This document shows, in pieces, positions 47,391-56,706 of a DNA stretch of 64,000 bases. The DNA comes from Candidatus Zixiibacteriota bacterium. GTDB taxonomy: Bacteria > Zixibacteria > MSB-5A5 > GN15 > PGXB01. The position numbers were made by a program, and so were the translations under genes. Below the pieces are notes generated by a model. It saw only the letters and a program-made list of their open reading frames with translations, ran no database searches and was not told the origin of the DNA. Numbering within the stretch: the stretch's first letter is position 1; every line of letters begins with the position of its first letter. The stretch covers positions 21,362 to 85,361 of the forward strand of contig JAFGTT010000030.1 of assembly GCA_016933955.1 (NCBI GenBank). Direction: 5' to 3'.

Positions 47391-48680
47391 TTAACCGATT
47401 TTGTTGTCATTGGGATTGAGCGGAGGGGGAGTAGGCGGTGGCGGCGGCTGAACCCTGTCCACCTTAATTTCGATCGAAATAGCTCCGCATTCGCGTTTAC
47501 CGAATCGGGTCATGACTACGGCGCCCAAACCGGCCGAAACCACGAATGACCAGATTATAATCGACAGAACCAGGAAAAGAGTGGCGAAGCCATTGGTGAC
47601 ACTTCCCGGTTTGATCATCAGCAAAGCCATGAAAAGCCAGAATATTACCATTATGGATATTCCGAAAATAATCTTGACAAGTTGAGATTTGTCGAGACCA
47701 TCATAGTATTTCGCGGCTATATCGCCGATTAGACTACCCATGCCGACAATACCGAAAATGACGGCCAGGCACAGGCCGATCGGTAGGGCAATCAGCGCTA
47801 TCGGGATACCGATTACAGTCAGCGACAAAAGAGCCATAACAGGTCCAAAGGCCAGTAAGATCAATAATCCAATAAAAAACGATTTGATAAAGTTCTGTTG
47901 CAGGCAGGCTTTTATTCTTGAAATAGGCATAGGAATGACTCCAACTACCAGAAGTCCGCATATGAGCAACCCGACCCAGATAACCACAACGGCGATCAAG
48001 GCCGTAAATCGGTTCTCGGAAAAGATATCGACTTCGGGAATAGCCGGGAAATCATTTTCAATTCGGCTTCCTGTGATTGTCCCACCGCGCATTTTGACAA
48101 TTTCGGGTGCCCGCGCATCTCCCTGGATTTCACCGGTCGAGGTTACGGTGATTTTCTTATAGGAAATGACATCGCCGACAACCACTCCGCGAACCGTAAC
48201 CGGTCCCACCGCCACCACCGGACCGATCACTTTTTCGTCGACGCCGATAACAACCGCTCCCAGTTTCAATCCCTTAATTTGCTTTAACTCGGCCAGTTTT
48301 TCCGCCCTCAATCCCTCGACATCCGGAATTTCGGGGACTTCGGGGATTTCAACCGTCTCCCGGCGTCCGAAAACCGTCTGAGTTCTCCCCGAATCACCGG
48401 AATGCCGGATAAAGGTATCCCGCGTGAAATCGTAGTCCCATTCATGGCCTTCTTCATCAACACCATAGGCGCCTTCGGGAGTCAAATGCAATTCAATAAA
48501 CTCGTCAGTCGTAATCGATGAATCATTAATCGAGGCAGAATCGTCGGGCATGATCAAGGTCTGTGATTTAACAGTACTTCCCTCATCCGCGGCCAATAGG
48601 ATAAAAAGAGGAATCACAGCCAGAATCAGGGCGATTGGAATTGCCGAGAATGCGATGTATCTGGTATTTCGATTGCTCAT
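47391..48680 (-). CDS. Membrane protein with a bactofilin-like beta-helical repeat domain followed by four TM helices and a Pro-rich tail
   Basis: Repeats AVVIGVDEKVIGPVVAVGPVTVRGVVVGDVISYKKITVTSTGEIQGDA resemble the bactofilin (DUF583) beta-helix. The C-terminus reads PPPPPTPPPLNP. Co-directional with the ECF sigma gene. Confidence 0.4.
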   Translation of the reverse strand: MSNRNTRYIAFSAIPIALILAVIPLFILLAADEGSTVKSQTLIMPDDSASINDSSITTDEFIELHLTPEGAYGVDEEGHEWDYDFTRDTFIRHSGDSGRTQTVFGRRETVEIPEVPEIPDVEGLRAEKLAELKQIKGLKLGAVVIGVDEKVIGPVVAVGPVTVRGVVVGDVISYKKITVTSTGEIQGDARAPEIVKMRGGTITGSRIENDFPAIPEVDIFSENRFTALIAVVVIWVGLLICGLLVVGVIPMPISRIKACLQQNFIKSFFIGLLILLAFGPVMALLSLTVIGIPIALIALPIGLCLAVIFGIVGMGSLIGDIAAKYYDGLDKSQLVKIIFGISIMVIFWLFMALLMIKPGSVTNGFATLFLVLSIIIWSFVVSAGLGAVVMTRFGKRECGAISIEIKVDRVQPPPPPTPPPLNPNDNKIG

Positions 48681-48692
48681 ATAATCACACCC

Positions 48693-49757
48693 CTAATATT
48701 GTGCCAGGCGGATATCGCCGGTCGCCGTCAGGATTGTTATTTTGGGCCCGGACATACCGAAATTCCCGATCAACTTTTTTTCCGACTGGTTTCTGATGGT
48801 CAGGGGAAGATCGACCTTGATTTCGCCCGATTCCGTTTCCATATTGACGCTTCCTGAAGCGAATTCGGGGACCAGCAGATTAACCCGTCCACTGCCCGTT
48901 TCGAAAAAGTACTCATTCTCCGAAAGCAACTCGGTTTTTACCGTAATATTACCGGATCCGGTTTCTATATGAAATGAACCGTATTCCTGCTCGGCGTTAA
49001 CCTCTCCTGAGGTCGATTTAATTCCAATATCGCCATTGATCTTGGATAATCTGGTTTTTCCTGATGTCCCGATGATTTTAAGCGATCCTTTGATATCGGT
49101 CCCGACTTTATCCCCGGAAGTTGTTTGAAGTTCGACCGCTCCCTCAACGTAGCCGAAATTTATATTCGATGAGCTGACATCAACGTCGACATTACCCTCA
49201 ATACCGGATATGTCGATTTCACCCGAGGTGGCGTTGATGGACAGATTTCCCCTTATATTGGAAATCTCTACCGGCCCCGAGCCACCGATCACATGGATAT
49301 CACCGACAAGATCGGCAACCCGAATAGCCCCGGACGGGGATTTCATTTCAAGAGCGCATTCTTCAGGAACCAGGATGGTAAAATCCACCGATCCAAAAGC
49401 ATCGTCGTCGCTTTTAAATAGTCGATTCCAGAAAGATTCGGCACCATCGGCCAGGTCATGATAACGAGTATTGATGAGAATCCGGCGGCCCTGTTTTTCG
49501 GCCTTTATTTCGATATGTTCGGCCACCCTTTCCGCCTCGGTCTGATCCACGGCCCGGACATTTTTTATAGCCCGAATGGTTATGGTTTTTTCCGTCACTC
49601 CCCGGACCTCTATCCGCCCGTTCAGGTTGATGATAAGAAGTTCGGCCTTTTGTGGAAGTTCAAAACTTTTTTCATATTCAAATTTGAAGGCCGTTCCGCG
49701 GACAGAAACCGCCCCCGATATAAACGAAATTAGAATGTAGACAATAATTCTGAACAT
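48693..49757 (-). CDS. DUF4097-family beta-helix protein (YvlB/LiaG-like putative adhesin domain)
   Basis: Signal peptide. Repeated G-x-[IV]-x-[IV] beta-helix rungs (NLSINATSGEIDISGIEGNVDVDVSSSNINFGYVEGAVELQTTSGD ...). Confidence 0.55.
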   Translation of the reverse strand: MFRIIVYILISFISGAVSVRGTAFKFEYEKSFELPQKAELLIINLNGRIEVRGVTEKTITIRAIKNVRAVDQTEAERVAEHIEIKAEKQGRRILINTRYHDLADGAESFWNRLFKSDDDAFGSVDFTILVPEECALEMKSPSGAIRVADLVGDIHVIGGSGPVEISNIRGNLSINATSGEIDISGIEGNVDVDVSSSNINFGYVEGAVELQTTSGDKVGTDIKGSLKIIGTSGKTRLSKINGDIGIKSTSGEVNAEQEYGSFHIETGSGNITVKTELLSENEYFFETGSGRVNLLVPEFASGSVNMETESGEIKVDLPLTIRNQSEKKLIGNFGMSGPKITILTATGDIRLAQY

Positions 49758-49776
49758 ATTCTGCCCCCCCGAATTC

Positions 49777-50343
49777 TCAAAATGGGCGGAGCTTCTTTTT
49801 AAGAAGCTCCCGGGCCCGGAAAATACGGGCTTTTACCGTTCCTATCGGAATATCCAGTGCTTCAGCTATTTCTTCGTACGATTTATTGTCCTTATGACGG
49901 TAAATAATAACCATTCGGTATTTCTGAGGCAGAGAGTCAATAGCATCGTTGATCGACAGGCGGCGTTCGCTATCGAGAAGATCTCTTTCGGGATTATGAG
50001 TCTCATCCGGAACCTCGATTTCAATCTGCCCATCGGTCGTTTCAGTCGGAGTGTCGAGCGACAGGGTTCGGATACGCTGCTTGCGCAGGTGATCGATGGC
50101 GCAGTTAGCCCCGATGCGATAGAGCCAGGTCGAAAACTTGTATTCCGCCCGGTATGAGTGAAGTGATGCAAATGCCTTCATAAACGTCTCCTGGACCAGG
50201 TCAGCGGCGGTTTCTTTGTCGCGGACAATCTTGAAGACAATATGAAAAATCGCCCGCTGATGCCGATCCATCAGTTTCCGATAAGCTCCCTGGTCACCGC
50301 CAAGGGCGCTGTCGATCAAAGCCTTGTCCGTCTCGGGCACCAT
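49777..50343 (-). CDS. ECF-type RNA polymerase sigma factor (sigma-70 regions 2 and 4)
   Basis: 188 aa. Region 2.2 FHIVFKIVRDKETAADLVQETFMKAF. Region 4 HTH YEEIAEALDIPIGTVKARIFRAR. Confidence 0.8.
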   Translation of the reverse strand: MVPETDKALIDSALGGDQGAYRKLMDRHQRAIFHIVFKIVRDKETAADLVQETFMKAFASLHSYRAEYKFSTWLYRIGANCAIDHLRKQRIRTLSLDTPTETTDGQIEIEVPDETHNPERDLLDSERRLSINDAIDSLPQKYRMVIIYRHKDNKSYEEIAEALDIPIGTVKARIFRARELLKKKLRPF

Positions 50344-50614
50344 AGCCTCTTGTACAGGTTACGTTTATTAGGCAACAGCAGTTTCAATATACCTGAAGAT
50401 TATAAGAAATTGACTGACGCAACACAATTAAAAACACAAGGATTACCAGGCCGGACAATGTCATAAGATATCCTTGAGGAAAGTGTTCATAAATTGCACA
50501 ACCGGATTATATGGCTGGATTTGATTCCGGGGCGAAGATAATTTAGTTGATTGAAAGACCATAAGATTTGATATTGGAAACAGCCAACCTTATGAATGGG
50601 GATAATCCGAAGTT

Positions 50615-51592
50615 ATGGCCATTAATCCCGAATATGGTCGCCAGGATCCCGAACGATCATACCGTCAGGGAGACACGGTCGGATCATACCGTCTGTTGAA
50701 GCAAATTGCCTCGCAGGCGGAAGAACAGGTCTTTATTGCCGATGACCAGCGGGGCAACCGCAAAGTCACTTTAAGGCTAATTTCCACGCGGAAAACCTCT
50801 TTCAACGACGAAACCGATCAGGCGGTGAAGACCGCTGAACTTTTGGCTGAATTGAAATCGCCCAATATAATGGCTGTCTATGAGATTGGCGAGGTGCCGG
50901 GTTACCGCTTCATAGCCATGGAATATCTGGAAGGACTGACTTTACGGCAGGTAATGCTGTCAGGCGATCTCTCGATTCTCGGGACACTGGAGATCAGCAG
51001 TCAAATTTGTAATGGTTTGAGACAGGCTCATGCCAATGATATTTTCTTTACCGATCTCAATCCGGATAATGTGGTTGTTACGGGTGATAAAACGGTAAAA
51101 ATGATCAGCCAGGGAGTGGCCGGTCCTGATGACGATCGGGATCAATTACCCATGTCCCAGCGGCTTCAGGATCTGGCCTATTTCCCTCCCGAACAGCTTG
51201 AGGCTCGTGAGATCGACGCCCGTTCAAATGTCTTTACGGTCGGAGTAATTCTGTATGAAATGATAACCGGAAGGCGACCGTTTGGGGGGGGAGTAAACGA
51301 AATAAAAAACGCTATCAAAGGCAGTGGTCCTGAGCGCCCATCTCAAATTAATCCTGATTGCGGTCCGGAACTGGAACGGGTGATTTTGAGAATGCTGGAG
51401 AAAAATCCGGCCCGACGTTACCCGCAGGCAGGGGATGTTGTCATTGAACTGGACCGAATCAAGGCCGCTTTGCCGCCCGCTTTCGCCAAACCGATTAAAA
51501 GAAAAGATCCCTGGAACCGGGTGGTTCTGGTGGCCGTGATCATTCTGGTTATTATCTCGATTATCAATTTTATCCTGCAATATCTTAAGTAG
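50615..51592 (+). CDS. Hanks-type Ser/Thr kinase-like protein with a C-terminal TM anchor; catalytic motifs degenerate (predicted pseudokinase)
   Basis: Kinase subdomain IX is conserved (DARSNVFTVGVILYEMITGRRPF). The Gly-loop is absent. The VAIK Lys is replaced by R (KVTLRLI). HRDLKPxN reads HANDIFFTDLNPDN. DFG reads SQG. APE reads PPE. Confidence 0.5.
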   Translation: MAINPEYGRQDPERSYRQGDTVGSYRLLKQIASQAEEQVFIADDQRGNRKVTLRLISTRKTSFNDETDQAVKTAELLAELKSPNIMAVYEIGEVPGYRFIAMEYLEGLTLRQVMLSGDLSILGTLEISSQICNGLRQAHANDIFFTDLNPDNVVVTGDKTVKMISQGVAGPDDDRDQLPMSQRLQDLAYFPPEQLEAREIDARSNVFTVGVILYEMITGRRPFGGGVNEIKNAIKGSGPERPSQINPDCGPELERVILRMLEKNPARRYPQAGDVVIELDRIKAALPPAFAKPIKRKDPWNRVVLVAVIILVIISIINFILQYLK

Positions 51593-52937
51593 CCGATCGG
51601 CAAATCGTTACATAATCATCCCGGTAAACAACCGGATAAGGAAGAGATATACCGGGGAAATATCTCTGCTCGATCGGGCCATAGAAAATATAGTCAACCT
51701 CGGAGGGAATCAGACCCATTCGATAGGTCCTGGTGATATTATTATACCTTTCCTTCCAGTTTATCCCCAGATGTGCAACATGACCGATAAAACCGAGATA
51801 AACAGGACGATATTGCATAACCAGGGCTATTTCATAGGCGTCGGCGGTAACCGCCATAAAACAGGCTTGCGGCTCGGTGTTTGCTCTGATCCAGTTGAAG
51901 GATGATTCCAGCTTGGAATCAAAACGGGGATAATAACCATCGCCGCGTATTCTATATTTGGAGTATCCCGAAAATAAAAACCCGATGAACAACAGAGCTA
52001 AAACAAGATGAAGGGCAAACCTCGATTTTTTATGTACGGATTCACCCCCGGCGACGAGCATGGCCCCGGCATAATAAATCATGAAAATAGCGAAAAATGG
52101 ATTGTAATGAATAAAGGAACCGAAAAGCAAAGCAATAACAAAAAGTAAAATCATTTCCCGCTGGCGATAAAAGAAAATCAAAATGAAAAACGGGGTGGCA
52201 TGGATAAGGTTTTCGGCCGGATCGAAATAGAACGATTCCGTCAGGATAAAATAGAATGGTTTTTCCGATACCGCCGAAGTGATAAAAATGGAGGCGGCCA
52301 GAATACCAACCAAACCGGAGGCCAAAAGCAATATATTCTCCCGGTCTCTTTTCCATACGGCTCTTACCGCCAGGAATATTATTACCATCACCATCAGGTA
52401 ACCGTTGACCAGGGCAGCCAGAAAAATGGCCGAATAGCGTATTATTCGTGATGGGGAAAAAAATGCCACCGTCAGCAGAATAAAAAATGGGGCATGAGTG
52501 AATCCGCGGGCTATAAAATCAACCCCCATGGAATTCAACCCGGCGCCAACGGTCGATGCACCAAACAAGATTAACAGCGCGAAGCCGTATTTTTCGGGGA
52601 AATATTTCCTTAAAACCAGTCCGAGGATAATCAGATACAAGACATTAAGGATACGAATAGAATTATAAGGGTTGGCCAATTTACCCAGCAGAGCCGCCGG
52701 GTAGTAATGCAGATATGGTTGGGTCAATTTCTCTCCCCCGAAGGCGGGATTTTGAGGCGGGAAGGTGTCTGTCAGAGTATTTATTATGGCGCCATAATAA
52801 AGAAAATCTATATCAGATGGGGTGTTAAAGTAGAATTGCTTGTCGGCAGGCAGGTAGGTGCCAATCAAAAACTGCCCGACAATATATAAAATCAGCAGGA
52901 AAACAAAAATAATCGGATTGAGATGGTTTTTAATCAT
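51585..52937 (-). CDS. Polytopic membrane protein of unknown function with a C-terminal soluble domain
   Basis: 450 aa, >10 TM helices. No family recognised. Confidence 0.35.
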   Translation of the reverse strand: MIKNHLNPIIFVFLLILYIVGQFLIGTYLPADKQFYFNTPSDIDFLYYGAIINTLTDTFPPQNPAFGGEKLTQPYLHYYPAALLGKLANPYNSIRILNVLYLIILGLVLRKYFPEKYGFALLILFGASTVGAGLNSMGVDFIARGFTHAPFFILLTVAFFSPSRIIRYSAIFLAALVNGYLMVMVIIFLAVRAVWKRDRENILLLASGLVGILAASIFITSAVSEKPFYFILTESFYFDPAENLIHATPFFILIFFYRQREMILLFVIALLFGSFIHYNPFFAIFMIYYAGAMLVAGGESVHKKSRFALHLVLALLFIGFLFSGYSKYRIRGDGYYPRFDSKLESSFNWIRANTEPQACFMAVTADAYEIALVMQYRPVYLGFIGHVAHLGINWKERYNNITRTYRMGLIPSEVDYIFYGPIEQRYFPGISLPYPVVYRDDYVTICRSAT

Positions 52938-53041
52938 GCCAGTTTAATTAATATCGCGATGGTGGAGCAGGCAAGAAAATTCAGGCGGCGGCATACAAGC
53001 CTGCCCATCAAACTTCATCAGATAGGGGTTAGCGGTATCCG

Positions 53042-54583
53042 CTAACCCTGATATGTTTCACTCAACTCGGCATGATCGGCTGAATCGTAAACCCGGAATT
53101 CCTGAACCGGAATGGTGGTGTCCCTCACCACATTGATTTTAAACCGATGCATCTTCATAATTTTGTTTATCCGGTTGCCGCCCATGGTGGATAATGATTC
53201 GGCCAGCATGGGATTGACCACCAGGTCGAATTTCCGGACTTTCTTATCGATTCGAGCCCGGTTGAACCATCGCTCGATTTTGGTCGCCACCGTCTCGCGC
53301 GAAAGAATCCTGCCGAAACCCTTGCAATGGGGACAGGGCTCGGAAAAGAGTGTCATCAGTGAGGGCCGGATACGTTCCCGCGTCATCTCGATTAATCCGA
53401 ATTCGTTGACCGGCAGGATCGAACGCTTGGCCCGATCGCTTTTAAACTGGTTTTTAAATTCATCATTGAGTCGGCGCTGGTTTTCGCGCGAACGCATATC
53501 GATAAAATCGCAAACAATCAAACCCCCGATATCGCGGAGACGGATCTGCCGGGCAATTTCCTTGGCCGCCTCGAGATTGGTCCTGAGAATTGTTGATTCC
53601 TGGTCGCCGCGGCCGACAAAGCGGCCGGTATTGACATCGATCGTTACCATCGCTTCAGTCTGGTCGATAATCAAATATGAGCCCTTCTTGATCCAGACTT
53701 TGCGGTCGGCCATCTTCTCGATTTCCAACTCCAGTTTGTACAAATCGAATAACTGGGTTTCACCCTTATAGTATTCGACCCGGTTTTTCAGGTGAGGCAT
53801 GACATGGCGAACATAAGCCATAATGGTCCGATATTCAGTCCGATTATCGACCAGAAGCCGTTCGACATCGGCCGTGAAAATGTCACGGATAATCGATGTC
53901 GTAATTTCCTCCTCCTTGTGGATCAGGGATGGTGAGGAGAGAGTCTCCCAGCGTTTTTTTAGCCGCACCCACAGTTTCTGGAGGCGTTTGATGTCCGATT
54001 TAAAATCCTTTTCCTCTTTTCCCTCGGCCTCGGTTCTGATAATCAAACCGAATCCTTCAGGACGCAGGGGGTAGACCGCCTTTTTCAGGCGGCGTTTTTC
54101 CGCCCAGCTGGAGATTTTTTTGGAAACCCGAACATGGTCATCATCCGGTACCAGCACCAGATAGCGGCCGGGTATAGATATTTCGGTGGTCACGCGGGGG
54201 CCTTTGGTCGAAATCGGCTCCTTGATGACATGGACGAGAATGTCCTGGCCTTCCTTAAGGACGGTTTCAATTCCGGCCCGGCGGCTTTTTCGAACTATTT
54301 CAGCCGGAGGTTCCTCATCGACATATTCCGAATCGAATCGGTGGCTGTCGGACGAGACCGCTCCGATATCGGAACCGTGGAGGAAGGCGGCTTTATCGAA
54401 TCCGATGTCGATAAAAGCGGCCTGCATACCGGGAAGAACGGTTTTGATCTTGCCCTTGTAAATATTTCCGACCAGCCGTTCCGACTGGGGACGTTCGACA
54501 TAGAGTTCCACCAGTTTGCCGTCCTCCATAATGGCGATTCGAGTCTCGTATTCCGAGCAGTTAATCAGTATTTCTTTTTTCAT
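53042..54583 (-). CDS. rng: Ribonuclease G (RNase E/G family, catalytic domain only)
   Basis: N-terminal S1 domain (GNIYKGKIKTVLPGMQAAFIDIG). DNase I-like and Zn-link regions. The 513 aa length matches RNase G rather than RNase E. Confidence 0.8.
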   Translation of the reverse strand: MKKEILINCSEYETRIAIMEDGKLVELYVERPQSERLVGNIYKGKIKTVLPGMQAAFIDIGFDKAAFLHGSDIGAVSSDSHRFDSEYVDEEPPAEIVRKSRRAGIETVLKEGQDILVHVIKEPISTKGPRVTTEISIPGRYLVLVPDDDHVRVSKKISSWAEKRRLKKAVYPLRPEGFGLIIRTEAEGKEEKDFKSDIKRLQKLWVRLKKRWETLSSPSLIHKEEEITTSIIRDIFTADVERLLVDNRTEYRTIMAYVRHVMPHLKNRVEYYKGETQLFDLYKLELEIEKMADRKVWIKKGSYLIIDQTEAMVTIDVNTGRFVGRGDQESTILRTNLEAAKEIARQIRLRDIGGLIVCDFIDMRSRENQRRLNDEFKNQFKSDRAKRSILPVNEFGLIEMTRERIRPSLMTLFSEPCPHCKGFGRILSRETVATKIERWFNRARIDKKVRKFDLVVNPMLAESLSTMGGNRINKIMKMHRFKINVVRDTTIPVQEFRVYDSADHAELSETYQG

Positions 54584-55542
54584 TGCGCTTGAGAATCCTT
54601 TTCTGGTCTCGCAGAGAGAATTTCATTTTCAGCGGGTTGATAACCCCGGAGAAACTGATTTCCATCAATTTTTGATTTGCCTTCGGGAACCAATTCGGTT
54701 ATTTCGACAACCGAGCCGGCCGATGCCACCAGCAGGCGATTTTTATCCCGGATAATTTTCCCCGGTCTGGAGTGGGTGTCGAGCTTATGATCGCTTTCCC
54801 GGGCCCGAAGGATTTTAAGTTTTCGTCCGCGAAAATATGTGTAAGCACCCGGAATGGCGGACATGCCCCGGATGAAATTGACCACATTGCGGGCCGGGAA
54901 TCCCCAGTCGATCAGGCAGTCGAAGGCGGATATTTTCGGCGCCGGCGTGGCCAGACGGTTATCCTGCTCAATTAAAGTGAAATTCCCCGATTCAATCAGA
55001 TCGAGCGTTTTTTCGATTACCGGACCGCCCCGGTCGGCCATCCGGTCATAAAGCTCGGAGAAGGTTTCCTCGGGTCCAATATCAATTTTCTCCCGGAAAA
55101 TGATGTTGCCGGTATCAATCTTTTTCCGGAGCATGAAGGTGGTCAATCCGGTTTCGGACTCACCATTGATAATGGCCCAGTTAATCGGAGCCGCCCCTCT
55201 GTATTTGGGAAGAAGCGAGCCATGAAGATTGATTGAACCTTTGGGGGGGATGGTATAGAGCTTTTCGGGCAGGATACGAAATGCCACCACCACATAGATA
55301 TCGGCCGGAATTTTCCCGATTTCGTCAATTATGCTGTCGTCTTTCAAAGATAACGGAGTAAAAACCGGCAGGCCCAATTCGAGGGCGGTTTGTTTGACAG
55401 CCGTAGGCGATAATTTCCGTCCCCGTCCGGCCGGTTTGTCGGGTCCGGTTACCACCGCGAGGATTTGATGCCGGCTATTTTCATGTAAATAAACCAGCGA
55501 GCGCCGGGCAAACTCCGGCGTCCCCATAAAAACAAGCTTCAT
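54580..55542 (-). CDS. fmt: Methionyl-tRNA formyltransferase
   Basis: MKLVFMGTPEFA N-terminus. SLLP ... NIHGSLLPKYRGAAPI motif. 320 aa. 4 nt overlap with rng. Confidence 0.9.
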   Translation of the reverse strand: MKLVFMGTPEFARRSLVYLHENSRHQILAVVTGPDKPAGRGRKLSPTAVKQTALELGLPVFTPLSLKDDSIIDEIGKIPADIYVVVAFRILPEKLYTIPPKGSINLHGSLLPKYRGAAPINWAIINGESETGLTTFMLRKKIDTGNIIFREKIDIGPEETFSELYDRMADRGGPVIEKTLDLIESGNFTLIEQDNRLATPAPKISAFDCLIDWGFPARNVVNFIRGMSAIPGAYTYFRGRKLKILRARESDHKLDTHSRPGKIIRDKNRLLVASAGSVVEITELVPEGKSKIDGNQFLRGYQPAENEILSARPEKDSQAQ

Positions 55543-55572
55543 TTGGATTTCAGTCGTGGCAGTGACCGGAAA

Positions 55573-56088
55573 TTATGATGCGGCGGCCATTTTTTTGAGT
55601 TTTTTCAATTTGCCCTGCACCAGGGTTCGGGCCAGGGTCGAAAAATACTCCACAAACAGAACGCCATTAAGATGGTCGTTTTCATGCTGGATTGCTCGAG
55701 CCAGCATGCCCGATGCCTCAAGGGTAAAGACCTTACCGTCAAGATCAGTTGCCCTGACTTTGACATATTCCGGTCGCGATATCCTCTGGAAAATCCCCGG
55801 AAATGACAGGCAACCCTCTTCCATTACGACCTCGCCCGAGGTTTCGATAATTTCGGGATTGATAAAAACTTTTACTGTTTCGGTAATGTCTATAGCCGAT
55901 AGATCAACAATAAAGATTCTTAAAGAAACACCCACCTGAGGCGCCGCTAGGCCCAATCCGTGCTGATTTTTAAGGGAGTCGATCATATCGCTCACCAAAT
56001 TTTTCACTTCCGGGCTTATTTCCCTTATTTCCCGGGCTTCTGTTTCAAGAACAGGATTGCCGTATACCACGATTGGTCTGACTGCCAC
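55573..56088 (-). CDS. def: Peptide deformylase
   Basis: The three PDF motifs: GLAAPQVG, EGCLSFPG, QHENDHLNG. Confidence 0.9.
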   Translation of the reverse strand: MAVRPIVVYGNPVLETEAREIREISPEVKNLVSDMIDSLKNQHGLGLAAPQVGVSLRIFIVDLSAIDITETVKVFINPEIIETSGEVVMEEGCLSFPGIFQRISRPEYVKVRATDLDGKVFTLEASGMLARAIQHENDHLNGVLFVEYFSTLARTLVQGKLKKLKKMAAAS

Positions 56089-56098
56089 GAAAACTCCT

Positions 56099-56422
56099 TT
56101 AATCCTGGTTCACTCGTCCCGCAATCGCGGACTTCAGGAATTCAACTTTTACCTCGTCGGAAATCTTTAAAACGATTTTGTTTTTATCGTCATAGATGGC
56201 GAATATCGTTCCATACATGCCGCTGTTGGTCACCACTTTATCGCCTTTCTTCAATTCCGACAATAATTTTTCATGTTCTTTCTGCCTTTTGCGCTGGGGT
56301 CTGATAAGCAGTAAATACATTATCAGAAACAGCGGGATTAAGATTCCCCAGGTTGTCAACATGCTTCCCCCGCCCTGTCCGGCGTCGGGGTTGGCCATAA
56401 ACAGCAAATAGAGAGTATTCAA
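56099..56422 (-). CDS. yajC: Preprotein translocase subunit YajC
   Basis: TTG start 5 nt after AGGAGG. One TM helix followed by IRPQRKRQKEH and the conserved GDKVVTNSGMYGTI. Confidence 0.7.
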   Translation of the reverse strand: MNTLYLLFMANPDAGQGGGSMLTTWGILIPLFLIMYLLLIRPQRKRQKEHEKLLSELKKGDKVVTNSGMYGTIFAIYDDKNKIVLKISDEVKVEFLKSAIAGRVNQD

Positions 56423-56654
56423 GCTCTCCTCCTTGAATTTTTTATCGGTCAACCTGCTCAAAAACTGAACAGGATTGTTTTCTTAGTTTATGGCCCACAA
56501 TATACGAAATACGGAAACATCGGCAACCTTTTTTATTATAAGCTTTAAAACAGCCGAATTTCGAGAATGTTCCTCCACAATAGCAATTGACCGGAGAGCC
56601 TTTGCTGAAATAATCCAATTCGGTTTTTTATTGGCCTGTTGCTGGTCATAAGGA

Positions 56655-56686
56655 AATAAAAAGGGCCGGGAAACCGGCCCTTTTTG
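56655..56686. terminator. Intrinsic terminator with a GNRA tetraloop (GGGCCGG-GAAA-CCGGCCC) flanked by A- and T-runs
   Basis: 7 bp GC stem. TTTTT on the plus strand and TTTTTATTT on the minus strand. 20 nt downstream of the protease stop. Confidence 0.55.
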
Positions 56687-56706
56687 TAATGCAATGATTA
56701 AACCTG

